Of a stretch of DNA of 64,000 nucleotides, positions 20,125-29,727 are shown one piece after another. Made by a program: the position numbers and the translations under genes. The notes below the pieces were generated by a model. That model was not told the origin of the DNA, did not search any database, and saw only the letters and a list, made by a program, of their open reading frames with translations. How positions within the stretch are numbered: the first letter of the stretch is position 1; each line of letters begins with the position of its first letter. The DNA is from Flavobacteriales bacterium (GTDB taxonomy: Bacteria > Bacteroidota > Bacteroidia > CAIKAF01). The stretch covers positions 34,255 through 98,254 of the forward strand of contig JANWWP010000023.1 of assembly GCA_025055575.1 (NCBI GenBank), read 5' to 3'.

Positions 20125-22089
20125 TCAAAGTTTCACCAGGCGCGCGGTCTGCATGAAAGCGGCGTTGCGACACTGTATAATATAGACTCCGGCGGGCCAG
20201 GCAGATACATCCATGGCAAGAGCCCCGCTGGAGCGCACCGTCTCTTCCTTAAGCACAGCTCCGGAAGGATGGATGACACGAAGCAGGCAGCCTGGTATCA
20301 TATGTTGAAAAATAACATAATCCTTGGCCGGATTGGGTGCAATAAAAAGTGCTGTTTCAGGATTTTCTTCAACTCCCAGCTGAGGATTAAAAATAGCGGT
20401 GTCCCGTGCCGCTATCCAATTAGGCTTGTCCACTTCCACTTCCAGCGGCATTTCTGAAAGAGGAAAAGAAAATAAGGTGGTGCTACCGGCCGGTGTGACA
20501 CGCACTAAAGTGTCGCCTGAGGCGGTGCGAACATACACTGGCACCGGCACAGAAAAATAGGGCGTCACGGAGGGCATGCTCACCGTCTGATTGAGTTTGC
20601 CAATAAAAAGCCCGTTGCTATGGTCCCACTCTAAGGAATAGATCGGATAGCCTTCGCCGTAATACCATTGGTCAAAGAATTCGTCCAAATCTAAACCCGT
20701 AAATTCTTCCATGGCATCACGGAAATCCGCCCCAGTGGCATTCCTGTAAGCAAATTTTTGAAGATAGTGCTGCAGACCGCCAAAAAAGAGGACATCGTTG
20801 TGAATAAGCCAGCGCAGGGTGTGGATTATAAAAGCGCCTTTGTAATAAGTGAGCCGCCCGCTGAAAATACGCGCCACGTCGGTGGTATCGTCCACATACA
20901 CACTGCCGCCGGGTTCGCTGATAACAGCGCTTTCCAGTCCGTTCAGGTCATCATCCACCCAAGCCGTATCCAAATTTTGGTAACTCAGGCTGGTGCTGTA
21001 AGTAGCGAAACCTTCATTTACCCAGATATCGCGCCAGGAAGCGCAGGTGACATAGTTACCGAACCACTGGTGCGCCAATTCATGCGTAGTGAGACCAAAA
21101 CCGAAAGTGCCCTGGGTGGTCATGGTCTGATGTTCCATCCCCCCTCCCAAAGGCGCCATGCAATGCCCGTATTTTTCCTGCGGGAACGGATAAGGACCAT
21201 AAAGCTCTGAAAACAGTTCCAGATAATCCGCCGTGCGGTCTATCATATTCATCCAGTAAGGTAGCGTCTGGGGATTGTCATACACATAATTGAGAATGGG
21301 AATGGCCGGACCATTCACAGGATTGGCAACCACAGTGTAGGGAACATAACGGGCCACAGCTGCGGAAATAAGATAATACGAAATAGGATAGCGGTGCTTC
21401 CAGTGCCAGGCTATTCTATTGCCTGGCAGATTATTTTGTGCCAGAAGAACTCCGTTGGAACCGGCCCTCAATGAATCTGCGGTTATAATGACCACATCCA
21501 CACTATCTATTTTGTCGTTCAGGGATTGTTTGCAGGGCCACCAGTGAAAGGCTGCGTAAGGCTGGCTCAGGGTCCACACAACGTGATTGCCCCAGGTGGG
21601 TGAGGTACCGGCATTCATGCCGGCACCGATGGCCGATCCCCCGGAAGCCGGAGGCTGGCCGTGATAATAAATGGTCATATTGAAAAAATCTCCGGCCTGC
21701 AAAGTCACAGGAAGGTTGGCTGAACGCACGCCGCCGGACGAAAGGACAGGAACCGGAAATCCATTAAAAAAGGCTGAATCCACAGTGAGATCCGGATGTA
21801 ACTCAAATTCAAAAACATCCAACATCGGGGCCACGACCTTGGCACGGGTTTCCACACGACCGTAAGGAATGTAAGTGCTGGTGTTAGACAGTTCCAGTTC
21901 AAGATGGTGGTGGTGCACGTCATAGCCATCACTCAGCAGGCTTTTGGGCCGGGCTGTTTGGGTCATGGCGGCAAGGCAGCGCATTTTTGCGGCCGCACAG
22001 GAAGCGGCGCCCTCATGCCAACAGTCGGCCTGGGCCAGCGAGTGCAGGCTTTGAAAGGCCAACCAAATCATCAGGATCTTTTTTTCCAT
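20125..22089 (-). CDS. M1 family zinc aminopeptidase with T9SS type-A sorting domain
   Basis: GGMEHQT, HELAHQWFG..WVNEGFATY, YYKGA; C-terminal IAPNPAKD...PAGVYII. Confidence 0.92.
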   Translation of the reverse strand: MEKKILMIWLAFQSLHSLAQADCWHEGAASCAAAKMRCLAAMTQTARPKSLLSDGYDVHHHHLELELSNTSTYIPYGRVETRAKVVAPMLDVFEFELHPDLTVDSAFFNGFPVPVLSSGGVRSANLPVTLQAGDFFNMTIYYHGQPPASGGSAIGAGMNAGTSPTWGNHVVWTLSQPYAAFHWWPCKQSLNDKIDSVDVVIITADSLRAGSNGVLLAQNNLPGNRIAWHWKHRYPISYYLISAAVARYVPYTVVANPVNGPAIPILNYVYDNPQTLPYWMNMIDRTADYLELFSELYGPYPFPQEKYGHCMAPLGGGMEHQTMTTQGTFGFGLTTHELAHQWFGNYVTCASWRDIWVNEGFATYSTSLSYQNLDTAWVDDDLNGLESAVISEPGGSVYVDDTTDVARIFSGRLTYYKGAFIIHTLRWLIHNDVLFFGGLQHYLQKFAYRNATGADFRDAMEEFTGLDLDEFFDQWYYGEGYPIYSLEWDHSNGLFIGKLNQTVSMPSVTPYFSVPVPVYVRTASGDTLVRVTPAGSTTLFSFPLSEMPLEVEVDKPNWIAARDTAIFNPQLGVEENPETALFIAPNPAKDYVIFQHMIPGCLLRVIHPSGAVLKEETVRSSGALAMDVSAWPAGVYIIQCRNAAFMQTARLVKL

Positions 22090-22094
22090 ACACT

Positions 22095-24053
22095 TCACAA
22101 AATAACAAATTCTGTTCTTCGGTTTTTTGCCCGGCCTTCCGGTGTTGTATTATCCGCTATCGGCCGGCTCTCCCCGAATCCTTCGTGCTGGAGACGCTGG
22201 GGAGGAATGCCCTGGTCGAGGAGTGCGTCGTACACGGCGCGCGCTCTCTGACGCGAAAGAGTCAAGTTGTCGTTGTCGTTGCCCACATTGTCCGTATGGC
22301 CGTGGATGGCCACCCTTACATCCGGATTTTCTTTCAGAAATTCAGCAAATGCCTGAATGGTGAACATGGCTTTCGGAGTCAGGGTGGCCGAGTTGGTAGC
22401 AAAATAAATATCATTCAAGCGGTAGGCTTCCCCCTTCTTTAATTGCTTCTGTTCCAGTTTTACCTCTGGAACCAGGGGCGTAGTGTCGCTGGCCGAGATC
22501 AGTTGTGAGCTGAAAGCCGCGCCTTGCTTACGTACCGTGAGCAGATAGTCGTCATCGGCTTTCACCACGGCCACAAAACGTCCATCTTCCCGGTCCACCC
22601 TCACCAGGGAGGCCTCGCGCGAACTCAGATTTTTAAGCACCACATCCGCATCCGGGTTGTTGTTGTCAGCTTCCAGACGGCCTTTGATCAGGCGCACCTG
22701 TTCAGGCCGGGCCGCCTCATATAACGGAAAAGTAAACACATCCCGTCCACCCTTGCCCCCGGCCAGTTTGTCCGACGTAAAGAAAGCCCGGGTTCCATCC
22801 AGACTCACAAAAAAACCCAGTTCATCGCCTTCCGTGTTAATAGGCGCTCCGATATTCACCGGAGGGCCCCACTGACCGTTTTCTCCTTTGCGGCTGTAAA
22901 AAATATCGTATCCCCCCAGACCTTTATGTCCTTTGGAACTGAAATACAGAGTTTTACCATCTGTATGCAAAAATGGCATCAGGTCGTTCTCTGGACTATT
23001 TATCACCGGACCCAGATTTTGGGGGGTCTCCCAGGAGCCATCAGAGCGCCGCTGGCTCACCCAAAGATCCGCCCCTCCCAACCCTCCTTTCCGGGTGGAA
23101 GAAAAAATCATGGTTTGGCCATCGTAACTCAGCGTGGGCTGTGAATCCCACACTTCGGAATTGATACCTGGCGGGCGGTTGATCACATCCCAGCCCGGCC
23201 CATCGCGCTTCGTGTAATAAATGTCACACTTAGACACCTCATTATTCTCGCACATTACGAAATACAGGTATTTTTCATCCGCTGTCATGAAAGAAGCGCC
23301 GTTGTTGAAAACCGTATTGAAAGGAGCAGGCATAGGCCGGCCCCGGTCAAAATGCCAGTTGTTGTTCTGGGCTTCCATGAATATTTCTTTGTATCCGACG
23401 GCGGTGCCGGGTGCAGGCACTTTACGGGTGAAAAACATGCGGCTGTTATCCGGTGACAGCATAGCCAGATATTCGTCCTGCTCGGTGCAAATGTCTTCCA
23501 CCGGACGCGGCTCGAAGGCCACGCGGTTGCGGGTGAGGTCCACCATGGCTTCGGCTTGTTTCAGAAGTTTTTGGGCTTCAAAAAAATCCTTATCATCAAA
23601 AGCTGCTTTTTCTCCCTTGTAGCCGACCACTTTTTTCAACATTTCGATGCTTTCCGTATAACGACCCTCCCCATAATAAATGTTGCCCAACCAGAACCAG
23701 GTGTAGGGGGAATAATCCGGACAAAGGCGCATCACCTGCTCCAATCGATATTTGGCCAGGCGGGCTTCCTGCTCCCGCACATATATCAATCCCAATTGAA
23801 AATGGGCTTCGTAACAATCCTCATTAAGCTTAGCTGCCTCAGCAAAGAGTTTTTTGCGTTCCAACCCTTTTTCCTTGAGCCCCCGTTCAAACAAACGAAG
23901 CGCCTGTGCATTTTCCGAGGGAGGGCAGGCGTCGCGGTCAAAAATATCTCGAGATTGGCTGTGGATGCAGGATAGCCTCAGAAAATTTATGAAAACGACC
24001 AGCGCCAGGCTGGAATTGGAATACATCCGCCAGTGCTTAGAATACATGTTCAT
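22095..24053 (-). CDS. TPR/PD40/OmpA-domain protein (PorE-like architecture)
   Basis: N-terminal TPR-like helices, PD40 repeats (NLGPVINS, LYFSSKGHKGLGGYDIF), OmpA C-domain HGHTDNVG..LSRQRA..NRRTEF. Confidence 0.87.
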   Translation of the reverse strand: MNMYSKHWRMYSNSSLALVVFINFLRLSCIHSQSRDIFDRDACPPSENAQALRLFERGLKEKGLERKKLFAEAAKLNEDCYEAHFQLGLIYVREQEARLAKYRLEQVMRLCPDYSPYTWFWLGNIYYGEGRYTESIEMLKKVVGYKGEKAAFDDKDFFEAQKLLKQAEAMVDLTRNRVAFEPRPVEDICTEQDEYLAMLSPDNSRMFFTRKVPAPGTAVGYKEIFMEAQNNNWHFDRGRPMPAPFNTVFNNGASFMTADEKYLYFVMCENNEVSKCDIYYTKRDGPGWDVINRPPGINSEVWDSQPTLSYDGQTMIFSSTRKGGLGGADLWVSQRRSDGSWETPQNLGPVINSPENDLMPFLHTDGKTLYFSSKGHKGLGGYDIFYSRKGENGQWGPPVNIGAPINTEGDELGFFVSLDGTRAFFTSDKLAGGKGGRDVFTFPLYEAARPEQVRLIKGRLEADNNNPDADVVLKNLSSREASLVRVDREDGRFVAVVKADDDYLLTVRKQGAAFSSQLISASDTTPLVPEVKLEQKQLKKGEAYRLNDIYFATNSATLTPKAMFTIQAFAEFLKENPDVRVAIHGHTDNVGNDNDNLTLSRQRARAVYDALLDQGIPPQRLQHEGFGESRPIADNTTPEGRAKNRRTEFVIL

Positions 24054-24118
24054 GACAAAAACGTTTTGAATTTTTTTTTATTCAACCCACCGAGCGGTTT
24101 TTTTACATGAAAAAACGA

Positions 24119-24126
24119 TATATTTG
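24119..24126 (+). promoter_or_regulatory. -7 promoter element for the tRNA
   Basis: TATATTTG 19 nt upstream of the tRNA 5' end. Confidence 0.55.
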
Positions 24127-24145
24127 CGGCCCCAAAATCAAGGTT

Positions 24146-24218
24146 GATTCCGTAGCTCAGCCGGTAGAGCATTACACTTTTAATGTAAGGGTCCTGGGTT
24201 CGAATCCCAGCGGAATCA
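24146..24218 (+). tRNA. tRNA-Lys(UUU); CCA not encoded
   Basis: Acceptor stem GATTCCG/CGGAATC, D-arm GCTC..GAGC, anticodon stem TTACA/TGTAA with loop CTTTTAA, T-loop GGTTCGAATCC. Confidence 0.96.
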
Positions 24219-24228
24219 CAATCAAGTG

Positions 24229-24254
24229 AAAGTCCGGACAATCCGGGCTTTTTT
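24229..24254. terminator. intrinsic terminator after the tRNA (convergent with the BtuF-like gene)
   Basis: AAAGTCCGGA-caa-TCCGGGCTTT followed by a T-run. Confidence 0.75.
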
Positions 24255-25086
24255 ATTTGGATTCTCTGGCCCACGCGGTTCGGATAGGTTCCACCACTTG
24301 TTTTCGCACCATTTCCAGGTAATCAAAAGCCTGAAGCATCCGGCTCCCATACCAGGAAAACATTTCTCCGTCAGCGAGAAACAAATAGGCCTGAGGCACA
24401 ATTTTTTCGAGTTCTTCAAAGTGTTTCTCTGAAAATGGATAGGGTTCTGAAGACAAAATCACAAGGGAGGGAGAAGCGGCCTGCAAATCTTCGGTGCTGA
24501 TCTCTGGATAACGCGCCTCATGCCCGGCGAAGACGTTTTCCATACCGGCCATGGCCATCATATGATGAATAAAAGTATTCCGGTTCACCGTCATAAATGG
24601 GCGGCGCCAAATCAAATACGCCACCGGTATTTTACTTTCCGGAGTCTTAAGCCACTTACGGGCTTTTTGCACGTCTTTCACAAGGCTCTGGGCTGTTTCA
24701 GGCACACCACAAACATCCCCCAGACGCAGCATCATATCCAGGGCCGAATTGTAATCCGTGACATCGCTAATCCAGACCGGAAGGCCGGCATTTTTCAGGT
24801 GCAACAGTTTTTCTTTTTCATTTTCTTCTTTGTTGGCTACAATGAGGTCCGGATGAAGAGAACGGATCAGTTCCACTTTAAAATTTTTTGTGCCGCCCAC
24901 ACGAGTTTTGGTTTGGAGATAATGAGGGGGATGCACACAAAACTTGGTGATGCCCACCAGGTAGTCTTCCAGGCCCAAATCGTGCAGATACTCAGTGATG
25001 GAAGGCACCAGGCTGACGATGCGGCGCGGCTTTGGAGGCACCTGCACCATGAACCCCATCTGATCCTGAACCGTTCGCAAATCCAT
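24253..25086 (-). CDS. helical-backbone metal receptor / BtuF-like substrate-binding protein
   Basis: RIVSLVPSITE, VGITKFC, VGGTKN, ANKEEN, LSSEPYPF, DGEMFSWYGSR. Confidence 0.85.
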   Translation of the reverse strand: MDLRTVQDQMGFMVQVPPKPRRIVSLVPSITEYLHDLGLEDYLVGITKFCVHPPHYLQTKTRVGGTKNFKVELIRSLHPDLIVANKEENEKEKLLHLKNAGLPVWISDVTDYNSALDMMLRLGDVCGVPETAQSLVKDVQKARKWLKTPESKIPVAYLIWRRPFMTVNRNTFIHHMMAMAGMENVFAGHEARYPEISTEDLQAASPSLVILSSEPYPFSEKHFEELEKIVPQAYLFLADGEMFSWYGSRMLQAFDYLEMVRKQVVEPIRTAWARESK

Positions 25087-25117
25087 GCCTTCCTTGCCCA
25101 GACCGTTGGTTGGATAA

Positions 25118-25855
25118 TCAGAAATTAGGTTTCAACATATAACGGCTGTAAAATTCCCTGAAAATGCGGGCTATCTCTTTGGGATCATCAGATACCGAAA
25201 ACAAGTTCAAATCTTCCGGATTAATATTTTTCTGCTCTTCCAGCACCACTTTTCGAAGCCATTCCAGCAAACCCTGCCAATAGGAACTTCCGGCCAAAAC
25301 AATGGGAAACTTGCCGATTTTATGGGTTTGAATGAGCGTGAGCGCTTCAAACAACTCATCGAGTGTTCCAAACCCTCCGGGCAACACCACAAAGCCCTGA
25401 GAATATTTTATAAAAACGACCTTCCGCACAAAGAAATAGTCAAATGTGATCAGCTTATCTCGGTCAATATAAGCGTTAGGGGCTTGTTCGAAAGGCAAGA
25501 AAATATTCAGGCCCACCGATCGGCCCTGAGCTCTGCGTGCGCCTTTGTTGGCAGCTTCCATGATGCCCTGGCCCCCCCCTGTAATAACACCAAAACCTTC
25601 CCTGGAGAGCTCATAGGAAATTTCTTCAGCCAATTTGTAATACGGAGAATCCGGGGCGGTCCGGGCGCTTCCAAAAACAGAAACCGAAGGCCCGATGCGT
25701 GCCATTTTCTCAAATCCTTGAACAAATTCTGCCATGATTTTGAACAATTCCCAGGAATCATGGCTTTTGATATCAGCCCAATCCATCTGATTTAAGGCCC
25801 GGCTAATTTCTTCCGGGGATAAATTACCGGGGGAGTCTGTGGCCTCTTTATTCAT
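25118..25855 (-). CDS. LOG family protein (TIGR00730)
   Basis: VFGSART, ITGGGQGIMEAANKGA, FFVRKV, PGGFGTLDE. Confidence 0.92.
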   Translation of the reverse strand: MNKEATDSPGNLSPEEISRALNQMDWADIKSHDSWELFKIMAEFVQGFEKMARIGPSVSVFGSARTAPDSPYYKLAEEISYELSREGFGVITGGGQGIMEAANKGARRAQGRSVGLNIFLPFEQAPNAYIDRDKLITFDYFFVRKVVFIKYSQGFVVLPGGFGTLDELFEALTLIQTHKIGKFPIVLAGSSYWQGLLEWLRKVVLEEQKNINPEDLNLFSVSDDPKEIARIFREFYSRYMLKPNF

Positions 25856-25876
25856 TGGAATACAAAACTGCAAATT

Positions 25877-28717
25877 TTAAACCAGGGTCAGGGGCCGACG
25901 TTCCATTTCCAGGCGCAGATGTCGTGCGGTATGGCTTTCTTCGAACTGCATTAAGGCCTCCGGCGGCCCTTCAAATAGAATCTGCCCGCCTTCTTCGCCC
26001 GCTTCAGGCCCTAAATCAATGATGTGGTCAGCCTGCCGGATGACGTCCATGTTATGCTCTATGACCAAGATGGTATTGCCGCGATCGGCCAGACGATGTA
26101 GAATATGCATCAGTTGACGGATATCTTCAAAATGCAGGCCGGTGGTGGGTTCGTCTAATAAGTATAATGCGTGCCCTGTGTCGCGTTTATTGAGTTCGGA
26201 AGCCAGCTTCACCCGCTGGGCTTCCCCACCACTGAGGGTCGTGGCCTGCTGGCCCAGCCGCAGATAGCCCAGGCCGATATCGCTGAGAGTTTGCAGTTTG
26301 CGGGCAATAGAAGGAATATGTTCGAAAAACTCCGCGGCTTTTTGAATTTCCATATCCAACACATCGGCAATCGTTTTTCCACGATAGCGCACTTCCAGGG
26401 TTTCTCGGTTGTACCTCCTGCCGTTACAATATTCGCAGGTGACATGGACATCCGGAAGAAAATTCATTTCGATGGTCCGGATGCCGGCTCCTTGACATTC
26501 TTCGCAACGGCCGCCTTTCACATTAAAGGAAAACCGGCCGGGCTTATAGCCCCGGATCTTGGCCTCCGGTAATTCGGCAAAAAGATTCCGGATTTCAGAA
26601 AAAACCCCGGTGTAGGTGGCTGGGTTGGAGCGTGGGGTTCGGCCGATTGGGCTTTGATCCACGGAAATGAGTTTGTCGATATGTTCCAGGCCGCGCAGAT
26701 CTTTATAGGGCAAAGGTTTTTCGTGGCTTTTGTATAGGTGTTGCAAAAGCAGGGGCCTCAAAGTCTGATTAATTAATGTGGACTTTCCGGAACCGGAGAC
26801 GCCTGTCACCACGATAAAGCAACCCAAAGGCAGACGAAGGGTCACGTTTTTAAGGTTGTGGCCGCGGGCTCCCGTAAGCACCAACATGTGACCATTTCCC
26901 TTGCGCCTCTGTGCGGGCTCCTGGATGGTGATGTGGCCGGAGAGATAACGGCCTGTGAGGCTGTTGGAAGCCGCGCACACCGCTTCCGGTGGACCGCAGG
27001 CCACCACATGACCGCCAGAGGCCCCAGCGCCGGGCCCAAGATCCACCACATAATCGGCAGCCAAAATCATGTCTCTGTCATGCTCCACCACAATTACAGT
27101 ATTCCCCAAGTCTCGGAGGGCCTTGAGCGCTTGGATGAGCTGATGATTGTCCCGCTGGTGAAGTCCTATGCTGGGCTCATCCAGAATATACAACACTCGC
27201 GTCAGTTGGGAACCCACCTGCGTTGCCAGCCGAAGGCGCTGGATCTCCCCACCAGACAAAGAAGACACCGGTCGGTTGAGGGTCAAATATCCCAAACCCA
27301 CATCGGTAATAAACTGCAATCTTTTAGTAATCTCGTTCACCACTTCCCGTGCCACGGCTGCTTCCTTACCAGATAGCCGGCCCGGCAGACGATTAAACCA
27401 CTGCAGGGTGCGGCTCAGCGGCCATTGGGCCACTTCCTGAATGGTGGCATCGCCCAGCTTAAAATACAAGGCTTCTTTTCGCAAACGAGAACCTTGACAC
27501 ACTGGGCACACCACCGTGGTCATAAAAGATTCGGCCCATTTTTTCAAACTGGCCGGGGCATCTTCTGCTTCTGCCTGCCTTAGAATGAAAGGCGCAATGC
27601 CTTCAAATGTGACACTGACGGGACGCAAGCCTTCGGCCGGAGCAAAAGTGAGCATCTGGTCGGATCCATATACCAAAGCGTGCAGAGCTTCTTCGGAAAA
27701 GGCGCTCAAGGGCGTGTCCAAAGTGAATCCAAACTTTTTGCCCAACGCCTCCAACGTTTTCATAAAGGTGCTTTGGGCCAACCTTCCCAGAGGTTCTAAG
27801 GCGCCTTTGCGGAGGCTTTTGGAAAAATCCGGAATTATTCTATGCAGGTCCACGCCCGGCACCTCGCCCAAACCGTTGCAGTGAGAACAAGCGCCATAGG
27901 GGGAATTGAAGGAAAAAAAGTTGGGTGCCGGTTCCGGATAAGAAATGCCCGATGTTGGGCACATCAGATTGCGGCTGAAATGGCGCAAACCTTCCGAATC
28001 CTCGGTGCGAACGGCCAGGCTGCCCTGGCCCATTTGCAAGGAGAGTTCAATAGCCCGGCGCAACCTTTGTTCCTGTCCATCATCCACCTTCAGGCGGTCG
28101 GTCAGAAGATAAATGTCGTGGATTTTATAGCGGTCCAGCTTAATGGTTTCGCTGAGGCTGCGCTGACGACCATCCACCCACACCCATTCAAATCCGCTTC
28201 GGCGCAATTTTTCAAAAAGTTCGCGGTAGTGCCCTTTGCGCCCCTGAACCAAGGGAGCCAGTAAGTATATTTTTTGCCCATGATAGGCCGACACAATATA
28301 TTCCTGCATCTGGGCTTCCGTGTAGCGCACCATGGCTTCGCCGGTCACGTAAGAATAGGCCGTGGCAGCCCGGGCAAATAGAAGGCGGATAAAATGATAC
28401 ACTTCCGTCACTGTGCCCACCGTGCTGCGCGGGCTGTGGCTGGTGGTTTTTTGCTCGATGGCCACCACCGGGCTCAGACCTTTTATTTTGTCCACATCTG
28501 GCCTTTTAAATCCGCCCAAAAACTGCCGGGCGTAGGCCGAGAAAGTTTCCATATAGCGCCTTTGGCCCTCCGCATAGAGCGTGCTGAATGCCAAAGAGGA
28601 TTTGCCGCTGCCGCTCAAGCCCGTGACCACTACGAGGGCCCGATGGGGAATTTCTAAATCAATATTTTTGAGATTGTGCTCACGGGCTCCAAAAATTTCA
28701 ATTTTTTTAGAATTCAT
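25877..28717 (-). CDS. uvrA: excinuclease ABC subunit A
   Basis: GAREHNLKN, GLSGSGKSSLAF, RKGHY, DQSPIGRTPRSNPATY, LSGGEAQRVKLA; start MNSKKI. Confidence 0.95.
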   Translation of the reverse strand: MNSKKIEIFGAREHNLKNIDLEIPHRALVVVTGLSGSGKSSLAFSTLYAEGQRRYMETFSAYARQFLGGFKRPDVDKIKGLSPVVAIEQKTTSHSPRSTVGTVTEVYHFIRLLFARAATAYSYVTGEAMVRYTEAQMQEYIVSAYHGQKIYLLAPLVQGRKGHYRELFEKLRRSGFEWVWVDGRQRSLSETIKLDRYKIHDIYLLTDRLKVDDGQEQRLRRAIELSLQMGQGSLAVRTEDSEGLRHFSRNLMCPTSGISYPEPAPNFFSFNSPYGACSHCNGLGEVPGVDLHRIIPDFSKSLRKGALEPLGRLAQSTFMKTLEALGKKFGFTLDTPLSAFSEEALHALVYGSDQMLTFAPAEGLRPVSVTFEGIAPFILRQAEAEDAPASLKKWAESFMTTVVCPVCQGSRLRKEALYFKLGDATIQEVAQWPLSRTLQWFNRLPGRLSGKEAAVAREVVNEITKRLQFITDVGLGYLTLNRPVSSLSGGEIQRLRLATQVGSQLTRVLYILDEPSIGLHQRDNHQLIQALKALRDLGNTVIVVEHDRDMILAADYVVDLGPGAGASGGHVVACGPPEAVCAASNSLTGRYLSGHITIQEPAQRRKGNGHMLVLTGARGHNLKNVTLRLPLGCFIVVTGVSGSGKSTLINQTLRPLLLQHLYKSHEKPLPYKDLRGLEHIDKLISVDQSPIGRTPRSNPATYTGVFSEIRNLFAELPEAKIRGYKPGRFSFNVKGGRCEECQGAGIRTIEMNFLPDVHVTCEYCNGRRYNRETLEVRYRGKTIADVLDMEIQKAAEFFEHIPSIARKLQTLSDIGLGYLRLGQQATTLSGGEAQRVKLASELNKRDTGHALYLLDEPTTGLHFEDIRQLMHILHRLADRGNTILVIEHNMDVIRQADHIIDLGPEAGEEGGQILFEGPPEALMQFEESHTARHLRLEMERRPLTLV

Positions 28718-28730
28718 GGCTCCAGAATTT

Positions 28731-29699
28731 TCAAGGCGTGAGAATACCGGATATTTTTTTCTGGGCTTCCATATAGTCAAAGGGCTGTGGTATGAATACC
28801 GTGTAGCTTTTACGCCGGACGTTCCGTAGATAGGGCTTGCGTATCCAGGGATTGGCTTCTAATAGAAGCTTATAACTGATGCCCTGCTGCAAGGCAAAAT
28901 CTACCCAGGAATTGACCGCTGAGTCCACCTGCACCTTTTTCACCGGCACAGGCGGATAAAGCTCTTTCTCATCCACATTAAAACTAAAATAGGAAGGATA
29001 TTTCATGATGTATTTTAAGGCTAGTATTCTAAAAACATACCGGGAGGTTTCGCTGTTCAAATACAAGTCATAGTAAGACGTCTGTTTTTGTTCCTGTTGT
29101 TTGTTTTCAAATCCCGCCATGCCCATGTTATAAGCGGCAGCGGCGTTGGTCCAGGAGCCCAGGCGCCGGCGGGCTTCCTTTAAATATTTACACGCGGCCC
29201 GAGTGGCCTTTTCCAAGTGGTAGCGTTCGTCCACTTCGTCGCTTACTTCCAAACCGGATTCCAGAGCTGTGGTCTTTAAAAATTGCCAAAAACCGGCAGC
29301 CCCTGCCGGGCTCACCACATTAGACAAATCACTTTCTATTACACACAGGTATTTAAAGTCATCTGGCAAGCCTTCTTCTTTGAGCAGGCTTTCAATAAAA
29401 GGAAAAAATCGCCCCGCTTTTTTCATGATCAATAATGTTTTGGCATGGCGAAAAGTATTCTCTATTATTTCTCTCTCCAGCCTTTCCCGCACCTCAAAAT
29501 CCTGCAGAGGAACAACCTCTCCTGCAAAATTGACTTCAGCCAGAAGTCGGGGCGGTGTCACGCAGTATCGGCATTCAGTATTCTTATTAGGTTCCGATTC
29601 CTTAGATGACGTCAATAATTCACCTGAGTTTATTAATACCATAAGCATGGCAGCAGGTATTGCCAGCATTAAAGAACTACGACCCGCCCGAATTAACAT
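28731..29699 (-). CDS. lytic transglycosylase (SLT domain, MltD-like)
   Basis: PDDFKYLCVIES, SPAGAAGFWQF, VDERYH, AAAAYNMG, ETSRYV; start codon uncertain. Confidence 0.88.
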   Translation of the reverse strand: MLIRAGRSSLMLAIPAAMLMVLINSGELLTSSKESEPNKNTECRYCVTPPRLLAEVNFAGEVVPLQDFEVRERLEREIIENTFRHAKTLLIMKKAGRFFPFIESLLKEEGLPDDFKYLCVIESDLSNVVSPAGAAGFWQFLKTTALESGLEVSDEVDERYHLEKATRAACKYLKEARRRLGSWTNAAAAYNMGMAGFENKQQEQKQTSYYDLYLNSETSRYVFRILALKYIMKYPSYFSFNVDEKELYPPVPVKKVQVDSAVNSWVDFALQQGISYKLLLEANPWIRKPYLRNVRRKSYTVFIPQPFDYMEAQKKISGILTP

Positions 29700-29727
29700 A
29701 AAACCAATGTTTATAAATGATGAGCTA

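Noticed and set aside
24146-24218. tRNA-Lys as an integration site for a genomic island
   Set aside because: No integrase nearby and no duplicated tRNA 3' end seen; flanking genes are ordinary chromosomal genes
24050-24274. 74-aa minus-strand ORF across the tRNA
   Set aside because: It is an antisense reading of tRNA-Lys and its terminator
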